A DNA stretch of 32,083 bases, from positions 1 to 32,083 of the IMG/VR virus record IMGVR_UViG_3300044709_000074. One strand, 5' to 3'. The notes below the pieces were generated by a model. That model had not been told where the DNA came from. It saw nothing but the letters and a program-made list of their open reading frames with translations, and made no database searches. The position numbers were made by a program, and so were the translations under genes. Positions 16,914-25,864 of this stretch are shown here, piece after piece. Origin of the DNA: a virus. Lineage: Duplodnaviria > Caudoviricetes. Every line of letters starts with the position of its first letter. The stretch's first letter is position 1.

Positions 16914-17673
16914 TCTCATCGTCGTCGTTCCCTCGCGAGGCCGGCCCGGCGCCGTCGCGCCGCTGGTCGACGCGTTCCGGGAGACGTGTGCCACCGGAAC
17001 CCGGATCGTGCTGGTTGTCGACGCCGACGACCCGACCCGTCACGAGTACGCCGCGGCGGTCGAAGCGACCCTGACCGAACCCGAGGCGGTGGACATCACC
17101 ACCTACGGGCAGCCCGACAAGACGTACCTGAGCCGCGAGAGCGCCATCGGCCGGCTTGTCGTCTCGCACGGCACCGGCATGGCCGAGGCACTGAACATCG
17201 CCGCTCTACCGTTGGTCAACGAGCACTACGCGATCGGGTTCATGGGGGACGACCACCGGCCGCGGACGTTCGGATGGGATGCCGAGTACCTCAAGGCGTT
17301 GCGGGAGCTGGGCACCGGCATCGTCTACGGCGACGACCTCGTCCAGCGCAGGAACCTCCCCACCCAGGTCGCGATGACCTCGGACATCATCCGGACCCTT
17401 GGGTACATGACGCCGCCCGGCCTGGGTCACATGTACCTCGACAACTTCTGGCGGGACCTCGGCACCGCCGCCGGCTGCCTGCGGTACCTGCCCGACGTGG
17501 TGGTCGAGCACGTCCACCCGGTCGCCGGGAAAGCGGCCTGGGACGAGGGCTATGCACGGGTCAACGACGCGGCCGTGTACGAGCGCGACCGCACCGCCTA
17601 CGCCCGGTACCGGGCCACCGGGTTCGCCGACGACGTGGTCAACGTCGTGGCCCTGCTGCGGAGCCGGGTATGA
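16906..17673 (+). CDS. GT-A (GT2-like) glycosyltransferase 2
   Basis: VVVPSRGRP, VVDADD, GFMGDD, HMYLDN, VEHVH. Confidence 0.85.
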   Translation: MADLIVVVPSRGRPGAVAPLVDAFRETCATGTRIVLVVDADDPTRHEYAAAVEATLTEPEAVDITTYGQPDKTYLSRESAIGRLVVSHGTGMAEALNIAALPLVNEHYAIGFMGDDHRPRTFGWDAEYLKALRELGTGIVYGDDLVQRRNLPTQVAMTSDIIRTLGYMTPPGLGHMYLDNFWRDLGTAAGCLRYLPDVVVEHVHPVAGKAAWDEGYARVNDAAVYERDRTAYARYRATGFADDVVNVVALLRSRV

Positions 17674-18218
17674 GGCGGCTGCGGCCGGCCTGGTCCCCGG
17701 CACAGTTGCAGCAGATCTACCGGACCCCGCACGACCACACCCGCTGGCCCGACCACATCGAACGGGTCGAGGCCACCATCGCGCTCGCCCGCAAACTTGG
17801 CCCGATGGGCTCCGGCGCGGACCTGTCCTGCGGCTCCGGCGCCGTCCTGGCGGCCATGGACCTGCACGAGCGGCATCTGGGCGACCTCGCGGCCGGCTAC
17901 CAGTACACCGGCCCGATCGAGCGGACCATCACCGAGATCCCCGACGTGGACGTGTTCGTGAACACCGAGACGCTGGAGCACCTCAACGACCCGCCGACCG
18001 TGCTGGCCGCCATCCGGGCCAAGGCCGCCCACCTGGTCCTGTCCACACCGGTGGACAACTGGAACGACCGGAACCTGGAGCACTACTGGGCGTGGAGCGC
18101 GACCGAAGTGGAACGGATGCTGGCCGACGCGGGATTCGAGGTCATCGACGCGGAAGTTCTCGACTTCCGCGCCCGGGGCCCGCAGTTCTACGCGTTCGGG
18201 ATCTGGACCTGCCGATGA
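17670..18218 (+). CDS. Class I SAM-dependent methyltransferase 1
   Basis: ADLSCGSG, ETLEHLNDP, LVLSTP. Confidence 0.8.
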   Translation: MRRLRPAWSPAQLQQIYRTPHDHTRWPDHIERVEATIALARKLGPMGSGADLSCGSGAVLAAMDLHERHLGDLAAGYQYTGPIERTITEIPDVDVFVNTETLEHLNDPPTVLAAIRAKAAHLVLSTPVDNWNDRNLEHYWAWSATEVERMLADAGFEVIDAEVLDFRARGPQFYAFGIWTCR

Positions 18219-18802
18219 GCCAATGGAAGCTGTTCGACGGGGACGTGGCCGACGTGTCGACGTTCGAGTTCCACAAGCACCGCGGCCGGGCCAGGCACCT
18301 GGAGGAACCCGGACACCGCGACCGGCTCGTCACCGCCGCCCAGCTGGTCGTCGTAGCGGCCGGGCTTGGTGCTCGGACGCTGTCCGACCTCGGCTGCGGG
18401 GACGGTGGACTCCTGTCCCTCGTCCACGAGCGGGTCGACGCCTGGGGCTACGACTTCTGCCCCGCCAACGCGGCCGGCTGGTCCGAACGTGGCGTCAAGG
18501 CCGAATCCCTCGACGTGTTCGGCGCCGACCGGGACAAGGTCGTCCTCGGCGACATCACCACCGTCACCGAGGTCCTCGAACACCTCACCGACCCCCACGG
18601 TGCGGTGAAGTGGATCGCCGGGCACTCCCGGTACATCGTCGCGTCGTCACCGCACGACGAGACCGCCGAGCACCACGACGAATGCCACGCGTGGGCATGG
18701 GATCGTGACGGCTACCGCGCGCTGATCGCCTCGGCCGGCTACCGGATCCTGCAACACCGCGATGCCGGACGGTTCCAGGTCATCCTCGGGATGCTGATGT
18801 GA
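18215..18802 (+). CDS. Class I SAM-dependent methyltransferase 2
   Basis: DLGCGDG, GYD, EVLEHLTDP, VASSP. Confidence 0.85.
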   Translation: MSQWKLFDGDVADVSTFEFHKHRGRARHLEEPGHRDRLVTAAQLVVVAAGLGARTLSDLGCGDGGLLSLVHERVDAWGYDFCPANAAGWSERGVKAESLDVFGADRDKVVLGDITTVTEVLEHLTDPHGAVKWIAGHSRYIVASSPHDETAEHHDECHAWAWDRDGYRALIASAGYRILQHRDAGRFQVILGMLM

Positions 18803-19722
18803 GGGCGCTCGTTACTGGCGGCGCCGGGTTCGTGGGCCGCCACATGACCGCCGAGCTACTCCTCCGCGGCTACGACGTCCACACCGTGGACCTGGTGCCG
18901 GTCGAGGTCCTGCTCGACTTCCGTGGGTCGGCCCACCTGCACCTCATCCAGGACGCGCTCGAGTTCTTCGGCCGGCCAGCCGGCAGCCGTTTCGACCTCG
19001 TGGTCCACGCGGCAGCAGCAGAACCGCACCGAGCGGCGATCGACGGCCAGCCGATGAACCTCGCGACCAACCTGATGTTGGACGCCGCGATGTTCGACTG
19101 GGCGGTCCGGACCGAACAGAAGCGGGTGCTGTACCTGAGCAGCAGCGCGGCGTACCCGGTCGATCTCCAGGAGGACTTCGCGCGGCCACGGGCGCTGAAC
19201 GAGGACGACATCGCCACGGAACGGCTGAGGAACATCGGCCGGCCCGACGCCGCCTACGGATGGACCAAGCTCACCGGCGAGCGGCTCGCCGCGGCCGCGA
19301 GCACCGCTGGCCTGCCGGTGCACATTCTGAGGCCGTTTTCCGGCTACGGCGAAGACCAGGATGATCGCTGGCCCTTCGGCGCGTTCGCCGCCCGGGCCCG
19401 CCGGCGCGCGGACCCGTTCGTCATCTGGGGCGACGGCGAGCAGGTCCGGGACTGGATCCACATCTCGGATGTCATCGCGGGAGCGCTCGCGGTCGTCGAT
19501 GCGGACGAACGGCGACCGGTCAACCTGTGCACCGGGATCGGTACCTCGATGGCCGAACTGGTCGGGCTGTTCACCAAGGCGGCCGGCTACGAGCCGGAGA
19601 TCGAACTGCGCACCGACAGGCCGGCCGGCGTGGCCTATCGCGTGGGTGATCCGGCCAGGATGAACGAGCACCACACCGCCAAGGTCTCGATCCAGGAAGG
19701 CGTCGAGCGCGCCCTGAAGTGA
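18799..19722 (+). CDS. NAD-dependent NDP-sugar epimerase/dehydratase (extended SDR)
   Basis: LVTGGAGFVG, HAAA, SSSAAY, YGWTK, RPFSGYG, WGDGEQVRDWIHISD. Confidence 0.93.
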   Translation: MRALVTGGAGFVGRHMTAELLLRGYDVHTVDLVPVEVLLDFRGSAHLHLIQDALEFFGRPAGSRFDLVVHAAAAEPHRAAIDGQPMNLATNLMLDAAMFDWAVRTEQKRVLYLSSSAAYPVDLQEDFARPRALNEDDIATERLRNIGRPDAAYGWTKLTGERLAAAASTAGLPVHILRPFSGYGEDQDDRWPFGAFAARARRRADPFVIWGDGEQVRDWIHISDVIAGALAVVDADERRPVNLCTGIGTSMAELVGLFTKAAGYEPEIELRTDRPAGVAYRVGDPARMNEHHTAKVSIQEGVERALK

Positions 19723-20297
19723 GTGGGGTGGTGGCGCTGGACATCAGCATCGCCATCGCCACCCACCCGCCGCGCATGGGTCCAGGGGGGCCGTACGAGC
19801 GTGCGCTCGCCAGTGCCCAGGCCCAGACACTGGCGCCGGTAGCCGTTCAGGTGGCGCTCGACGTCAGCGGCGCCGGCGCGGCCCACACCCGCAACCGCGC
19901 GCTCGCCATGGTCGAGACGGAGTGGGTCGCCTTCCTGGACTCCGACGACGAGCTGTACCCCGACCACCTCAAACTGTGCGCCCGCTACGCCCGCCTCACG
20001 GGGGTGGACGTCGTCTATCCGGGGTGGGACGGCGAAGACCTCACCGGGATGTTCGGCAAGCCCTTCGATCCGGCGCTGCTGGAGCGGGCCAACTACATCC
20101 CGGTCACGGTGCTCGCGCGCACCGAGGCCGTACGGGCGGCCGGCGGCTTCCAACCCCACCCCGACGAGTCGGGCGACCCCTGCGAGGACTGGGGGCTCTG
20201 GCTCGCCATCTGCGAGCAGGGCGCGAAGTTCGGCCACCTCCCGATCAGGACGTGGCGCATGCACCCCGGCGGTACCCGCGGCCGCGCCGACCGCTGA
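19719..20297 (+). CDS. GT2 glycosyltransferase 3
   Basis: GAAHTRN, WVAFLDSDD, AGGF, CEDWGLW. Confidence 0.88.
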   Translation: MSGVVALDISIAIATHPPRMGPGGPYERALASAQAQTLAPVAVQVALDVSGAGAAHTRNRALAMVETEWVAFLDSDDELYPDHLKLCARYARLTGVDVVYPGWDGEDLTGMFGKPFDPALLERANYIPVTVLARTEAVRAAGGFQPHPDESGDPCEDWGLWLAICEQGAKFGHLPIRTWRMHPGGTRGRADR

Positions 20298-20329
20298 TCT
20301 CAATCGCATCCGAAGGGAAGGGCATCAGC

Positions 20330-20638
20330 GTGCAGGTACGGATCGGTAACAGCGCGACGAAAGAGGCGTGGCGGGACAAGGACGGCCAGTTGCGGCACCG
20401 CCCCGTCGACGGCGCCAGGGTCACCACGGTCACCGTGCCCGACACCTACACCTTCGCCGAAGCCTTCGCCGCGATCACCGCGGGTGACGGGGTGTGGAAC
20501 CACCACAGCCAGGGCGACGACGTGGCCGGCTCGACCCCGGACTGGGTCGAAGCCGACGACCCGGACATGACCACCGTTCTCGCTTCGGCACTGAACTGCC
20601 CGGCGGGCCGGCCGGCGAAATGGAAGGGGCTGGGCTGA
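20330..20638 (+). CDS. Hypothetical protein (102 aa)
   Basis: GAAGGG RBS, GTG start, MQVRIGNSATKEAW... Confidence 0.7.
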   Translation: MQVRIGNSATKEAWRDKDGQLRHRPVDGARVTTVTVPDTYTFAEAFAAITAGDGVWNHHSQGDDVAGSTPDWVEADDPDMTTVLASALNCPAGRPAKWKGLG

Positions 20639-20639
20639 G

Positions 20640-21275
20640 GTGTTGGTCAACAGTGGCCGCGATTTGCAGGCGCAGACGATGGGCGGGGATATCACCGCTT
20701 TCGTCGGCACCGCCACCGCCACCTCGGCAACGTCGTTGACCGTGGCGTCGGGGTTCGTCGCGTCGGCGTACATCGGGAAGATCGTCGTCGCGGGCACCAC
20801 GCCGGGGGCTGCGGTCTACGGCATCATCACCGCGAACAGCACGACCGTGCTCACGATCGACCGGTGGTACAACCCGCTCACCCCGGGCGGAGCCGCGGCG
20901 TCCACGCCCTCGGCGACGACGACATTCATCATCATGCCCGGCGGAGCCCCGGTGGCGTTCATGGGCTTGACCGCGAACGCGGGCGCGGCCGCCGGTTCCG
21001 ACACCACCCTCACCGCCGAGATCACCACCGCCGGCGGTGGGTTGATCCGCAAGCCGTCCGTCCTCGCGCACACCGCCGGCGTGGCGAGCTACACCATGAC
21101 CGGCGTGTTCACCGCCAACGGCTCCGATTCGCTGCCGGTGACGGTGGCGAAGATGGGCACCTTCAACAGCCTGACCGGCGGGATCATGGCGTTCGAGACG
21201 CTGCTCAATGCCACCGCCACCCTGACCGCCTCCGGCGACGCCCTGACCGTCACGCAAACCGTCACGCAGAGCTGA
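20640..21275 (+). CDS. Thr/Ala/Gly-rich putative virion protein (collar/fibre-like)
   Basis: LVNSGRD, DTTLTAE, GDALTVTQTV resemble tail-collar/fibre attachment domains; very Thr-rich. Confidence 0.6.
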   Translation: MLVNSGRDLQAQTMGGDITAFVGTATATSATSLTVASGFVASAYIGKIVVAGTTPGAAVYGIITANSTTVLTIDRWYNPLTPGGAAASTPSATTTFIIMPGGAPVAFMGLTANAGAAAGSDTTLTAEITTAGGGLIRKPSVLAHTAGVASYTMTGVFTANGSDSLPVTVAKMGTFNSLTGGIMAFETLLNATATLTASGDALTVTQTVTQS

Positions 21276-21288
21276 GCGGGGGGAATCG

Positions 21289-21837
21289 ATGCCGCGTCAG
21301 TACTGGGCCGCTCCGCTGCCACCGATCCACATCACCAGCGGTACCCCGCTGGCGAACAGCGTCACCCTGACCGATATCAGCACGGCTCCGCAGAAGCAGT
21401 TCCCCGCCATGGCCAATGAGCAGGGCGTCGAAATCGAGCTGAAAGCCTGGGGTGAGTTTTCGACCACCACGGGCCCGCCGTCCCTGCTGCTGGGCTTCTA
21501 TTGGGGTGGCGTCGCCGGTATCGCGCTGGCCACCACCGGCGCGGTCGTCTGCACCGCATCACTGACCGGTGTGCCGTGGATCATGACGTATCACGGCATT
21601 TTCCGCTCGATCGGCGCGGCCGGCTCCATCGAAGGGTCCGGGCACATCCACTTTCCCACCTCGCTCACCGCCATGAGCGACTTCGCCCTACCAACCACTA
21701 AGGCGTTGCGGACCGTAGCGGTGGACACCACGACAGCGAAAAACGTCACCGTCGGGGCCCAGTGGAGCGGCACCGGCACACCCAGCGCATCCGACACGGT
21801 GACCTGCACCAACCTGTCCGTGCGGATCTGGAGCTAA
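21289..21837 (+). CDS. Thr/Gly-rich beta-type putative virion protein
   Basis: Purine-rich RBS; beta-strand-like composition; lies in the structural operon. Confidence 0.6.
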   Translation: MPRQYWAAPLPPIHITSGTPLANSVTLTDISTAPQKQFPAMANEQGVEIELKAWGEFSTTTGPPSLLLGFYWGGVAGIALATTGAVVCTASLTGVPWIMTYHGIFRSIGAAGSIEGSGHIHFPTSLTAMSDFALPTTKALRTVAVDTTTAKNVTVGAQWSGTGTPSASDTVTCTNLSVRIWS

Positions 21838-21848
21838 GGGGAGGGGAC

Positions 21849-22172
21849 ATGGCTATCGGCTATGCGATGACTAAGGCGGGGCTGGACAACCAGATGGGTG
21901 GCCTCGTCGTCGGGCTGCGGGACGCCTTCCTCGCCATCCACTCGTTCAAGGCGTTGCTGGACAACGCCGCCATTCTGCCGGACTCGGTGTTGCAGGTGGC
22001 GCCGTTCACGTACGGCGGCAGCGTCAGCACGGGTGAGATCAAGCGCATCCGCGACTCGTTCACCACCCTGGACCTACTGCACCAGGTGAGTAACGGCGGT
22101 CTGACCGTGGCCAGCGCGGTCAACTTCTGGGCTGACGCGCAGTACCTGGCCAATACCGCTTTCCGTAGCTGA
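21849..22172 (+). CDS. Hypothetical protein (107 aa)
   Basis: GGAGGGG RBS; MAIGYAMTKAGLDNQMGG... Confidence 0.7.
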   Translation: MAIGYAMTKAGLDNQMGGLVVGLRDAFLAIHSFKALLDNAAILPDSVLQVAPFTYGGSVSTGEIKRIRDSFTTLDLLHQVSNGGLTVASAVNFWADAQYLANTAFRS

Positions 22173-22204
22173 CACCCCGGTCCCGCTGGCCGGGGAGGTG
22201 AGCC

Positions 22205-24943
22205 GTGGCCCTGCTCATCGACGCCTCATCCCCGGTTATCGCCACAGGCACAAGTACCACTGTCACCACGGCCAGCTTCACCCCACCGGCCGGTTCGCTG
22301 CTGCTGATCGAGATGTCGGCGAACAGCATTCAGAACTTCAATCCGGTCGCGCCGACGATCACCGACAACCTCGGTTCCCATCTCGTCTACGACCTGTCCG
22401 ATTGGTACTCCGAGGCTGACAACGCCGCCGTTTCCGGCCAGTGCGCCATCTGGACTGCTGAGGTTCCGACCACCACGTCGATGACGGTCAGCGTCACCGT
22501 CGATCCGTCCGCAGTCGAACACGCCGTCAAGGTCACGGTCCTCACCGGACACGACCCGTCCGACTACCTTGGCGCGCACGGCAAGGCCAGCTCCACGTCG
22601 GCATCGTCGATCGCCCAGTCGTACAACGGACAGGCGACCAGTGGCTGGGGCTTCGGGGTTGTCTGCGACTGGGACGCACTGGGCGCCGAGACGGCCGGCT
22701 CCGGCTGCACCATCCAGAGCGGCAACGTCGGCTCTGGACTCAACTACGGATTCGTCCGCAGAACGGCCGACGATGACACGCTGGGCGTCGGCAACAGCCT
22801 CAATGTCACCTTGCCGGGCAACAGCACCAACCTGAGTTGGTGCTGGCTGGAGATCCTGCCGCTGGTCGTCAACCAGGACCTGGTCGACCCGCCCCCGTAC
22901 ATCTTCTTCCACCCGCCGGGCCAGTTCGGACCCAACGGGATATGGACGCCATGGCTGGGCGTCCCGGACTCCCCGTACCAGCCGCTGCAATTGGCCGTCA
23001 CCGCCACCGAATCCGGCACCACCAACAACGGCATATCCCTGCTGGTGCGGATGCTGACCGGGGTCGACTCGGTTCAGCCGGGCGTCTCGAACAGCTCGAC
23101 CAGCATCACCACGCCGAGCCTGTCGATCACGCCGGGCGCCACCGGTTCCTGGGTGTACGGCGCACTGACCAACGCGAACAGCACGACGACATGGACAGCG
23201 CTCAGCGGCACGACGATGCAGGCCAACAGCGCCGACGCGACCAACGGCGCCGTCTATGGGCACTACCGTTCCACCGCCACCACCACGGCCGCGACCCCGG
23301 TCACGCTCGGCGCGTCCGCACCGACCGGCGGCATTCACGGCGGACTCGCGCAGGTGGAGATCCGATCGGCCACCGGCCTGGTCGAGGACGCCGGCGCACC
23401 CGCCCTAGCTCTGGCCACCACCGCGATCACCGTCAGCACCACCCGGTTCACCGCTGTGGCCGGTTGCGTGCTGCTGGCCGGAGTCTGCGCGGACAGCGGC
23501 GCAGGCGTGGTCAACATCACCGTCAGTGGTGGCGGCCTGATCTGGACGGAGATCGCCAAAGCCAACGCGTCCAGCGCCGGGTACGCGGGCGTGTGGATGG
23601 CGCGGATTCCAGCCCTGCCGGCCACCGGCCCGCAGAGCCTGACCGCCGACGCCGCCGACACGGCGGCGGCCACGGACGCCGCCACCCGGGCCGGGACCGC
23701 GACACGCACCACTGTCGACACCGCCGCCGCTGCCGACACCGCGGTCCGCGACCTCACCGAAGGCCGCACCGCGGTCGACACCGCCGCCGCCGCCGACACG
23801 GCGGTCCGGGCGGCGCAGGGCCTTACCCGGTCCGTTGCGGACACCGCGATCGCCACGGACACGGCTACCCGAACCACGACCGAAGCCCGGACCGCAGCGG
23901 ACACGGCGGCAGCGACCGACGTAGCCGCCGGCGCCGCGGTAAAGCTGCGCACAGCCGCCGACACGGCGACCGCGGCGGACGTGTCGACCAGGGCGACGCA
24001 GACCCTGAACCGCACCGCGGCGGACACCGCCGTGGCGACGGACGTCACAGCCCGCACCAGCCCTCGGACCCGAACCGCCGCGGACGCCGCGGTCGCCACC
24101 GATGCCGCTGTTGGGGTGGCCGGCAAGCTCCGCACCGCAACGGACACGGCGGCGGCGACGGACACGGCGACCCGTGGTGGGCTTGCGCTCACCCGTACCA
24201 CGGCCGACTCAGCCGTAGCGACCGACACGGCAACCCGGGCCACAACCCGGCCTCGGACCACTGCCGACACGTCCATCGCCACCGACGTAGTCACCAGGTC
24301 GCAGCCACGGACCCGCACCGGCTCCGACACCGCGGCGGCAACGGACACCGTGGCTCGGGCACAGACCCTCACCCGAGTGGCCGCCGACGCGGCGGTGGCG
24401 ACCGACAGCGCCGCCGGTTCGGTTTCCTCTCCGGGGGCGCTCACCCGGTCAGCGTCGGACACGGCGGCCGCGGCGGACGCCGCGACCAGGGCGGCGCAGG
24501 CGTTCAGCCGCACCGCGACGGACACCACGGTCGCCACCGACGTGGCGGTCCGCACCGTTGGACGGTTCCGGACAACGTCTGACACCTCGGTCGCGACTGA
24601 TGCTGCGGTCAAGTCGCTCACCAGGGTCCGGTCGGCGACGGATACGGCCGCATCGGCCGACGTGGCGGTCCGGGCCGCGCAACTTCCTGCCCGCCTCGCC
24701 GCCGACGCCGCGACCGCGGTCGATTCGGCGGACGGGATCAACCCGCTCCTGCCGGTCAACGCCACATCCGCCCCGACAGTGACCACCAGGCGTCGATCGG
24801 CCACCTCGGTCGCGACGCGTTTCTCCGGGCCCGGTGGCGTCACCGGTCGCCGTACCTCGATTCCGGCGGTCGACGGCAGGCGCACCTCGAGCCCGGACGT
24901 CTCGGCCCGGCGTACATCCGATCCGGAGGTGGCCGGTGGCTGA
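22205..24943 (+). CDS. 912-aa Thr/Ala/Ser-rich repeat protein, putative fibre/decoration protein
   Basis: GGAGG RBS; two beta-rich domains, about 18 repeats of 20-21 aa and about 6 repeats of 10 aa. Confidence 0.75.
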   Translation: MALLIDASSPVIATGTSTTVTTASFTPPAGSLLLIEMSANSIQNFNPVAPTITDNLGSHLVYDLSDWYSEADNAAVSGQCAIWTAEVPTTTSMTVSVTVDPSAVEHAVKVTVLTGHDPSDYLGAHGKASSTSASSIAQSYNGQATSGWGFGVVCDWDALGAETAGSGCTIQSGNVGSGLNYGFVRRTADDDTLGVGNSLNVTLPGNSTNLSWCWLEILPLVVNQDLVDPPPYIFFHPPGQFGPNGIWTPWLGVPDSPYQPLQLAVTATESGTTNNGISLLVRMLTGVDSVQPGVSNSSTSITTPSLSITPGATGSWVYGALTNANSTTTWTALSGTTMQANSADATNGAVYGHYRSTATTTAATPVTLGASAPTGGIHGGLAQVEIRSATGLVEDAGAPALALATTAITVSTTRFTAVAGCVLLAGVCADSGAGVVNITVSGGGLIWTEIAKANASSAGYAGVWMARIPALPATGPQSLTADAADTAAATDAATRAGTATRTTVDTAAAADTAVRDLTEGRTAVDTAAAADTAVRAAQGLTRSVADTAIATDTATRTTTEARTAADTAAATDVAAGAAVKLRTAADTATAADVSTRATQTLNRTAADTAVATDVTARTSPRTRTAADAAVATDAAVGVAGKLRTATDTAAATDTATRGGLALTRTTADSAVATDTATRATTRPRTTADTSIATDVVTRSQPRTRTGSDTAAATDTVARAQTLTRVAADAAVATDSAAGSVSSPGALTRSASDTAAAADAATRAAQAFSRTATDTTVATDVAVRTVGRFRTTSDTSVATDAAVKSLTRVRSATDTAASADVAVRAAQLPARLAADAATAVDSADGINPLLPVNATSAPTVTTRRRSATSVATRFSGPGGVTGRRTSIPAVDGRRTSSPDVSARRTSDPEVAGG
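23636..24740 (+). repeat. Coding tandem repeat, about 18 x 60-63 bp (consensus xTRTAADTAxATDxAxR)
   Basis: Repeats counted by eye in the translation. Confidence 0.9.
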
Positions 24944-25835
24944 GGTCTTCTTCAACCATGCGGCCGAGCTGGCGACCGTCTCCAATGTCTTCGCGGTCAA
25001 CGCAGTGGCCACCGACCCGACCACGGTGCAACTCATCGTCACCCCGCCCGCCGGGGTGGCGGTGACCTATACCTACTCCCTCGCGGAGATCACCCGCACG
25101 GGTACGGGCGCGTACACGAAGGACATCTCCTGCACCTCGGCCGTCCCGGGTGTGTGGAACGCGGTCTGGATCGGCACCGGCTCGGCCAGCGACGTCGTCA
25201 CCCTCACGTGGAGCACCGTCTCCACGGACCTGAGCGGGCTGTACTGCACACCCGAGCTGCTCAAGGACCGGACCGGGATCAGCGACGCCCTCGACGACGT
25301 GGCCATCCTGGCCGCCTGCAAAGCGGTGAAGCGGTGGATCGACCGGCACTGCGACCGGCACTTCAACCGGGTCACCGCGACCAAGACGTTCGCCCCGGAC
25401 AACTGGTACTGCCTCGCGGTCCCGGACCTCGTCAGCGTCACCACCCTGAAGACCGACGCCGCCGGCGACGGGACCTTCGAAACCACCTGGTCCGCGTCGG
25501 ACTACCAGCTGCTGCCCGTCAACGCCGCGGTCGAGGTCGAACCCGAGCCGTACACCGAGATCAGGGCGGTCGGGTCGAACACCTTTCCGGTCACCTACGC
25601 ACCCCCGGGCTCCCGGTCCGACCTCGTGCAGATCGTCGGCGTGTGGGGCTGGCCGGCCGTTCCGGATGCCATCACCGAAGCGGCGAAGATCCTCTCCGGT
25701 GACTACCTGAAGCTGGGTGGCATGGCCTTCGGTGTGGCCGGCTACGGCGACTACGGAGCTGTGCGGGCCCGCATGTCGAGCCCGGCCCTGGAGATGCTCG
25801 CACCGTACCGCCGCTATCCCGTCCTGATGGGCTGA
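24936..25835 (+). CDS. Head-to-tail adaptor with an extra N-terminal beta domain
   Basis: YCTPELLK, WIDRHCDRHF, GVWGWPAVPDAITEA, LAPYRR; about 95-aa N-terminal extension. Confidence 0.8.
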   Translation: MAEVFFNHAAELATVSNVFAVNAVATDPTTVQLIVTPPAGVAVTYTYSLAEITRTGTGAYTKDISCTSAVPGVWNAVWIGTGSASDVVTLTWSTVSTDLSGLYCTPELLKDRTGISDALDDVAILAACKAVKRWIDRHCDRHFNRVTATKTFAPDNWYCLAVPDLVSVTTLKTDAAGDGTFETTWSASDYQLLPVNAAVEVEPEPYTEIRAVGSNTFPVTYAPPGSRSDLVQIVGVWGWPAVPDAITEAAKILSGDYLKLGGMAFGVAGYGDYGAVRARMSSPALEMLAPYRRYPVLMG

Positions 25836-25864
25836 CCGGAACCGTCGACGGCTGGTGGTGATCC

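Noticed and set aside
17670-18802. Methyltransferases as DNA methylases of a restriction-modification system
   Set aside because: No DPPY/NPPY or PC catalytic motif; short small-molecule-type enzymes embedded among sugar genes
20630-20645. Frameshift or sequencing error fusing 20330-20638 with 20640-21275
   Set aside because: No slippery sequence; a 1-nt gap fits ordinary translational coupling, though a fusion cannot be excluded without homologues
23636-24740. Tandem repeats as a possible CRISPR array or DGR repeat
   Set aside because: Degenerate at DNA level, conserved in frame at protein level, no unique spacers, no cas or reverse transcriptase gene
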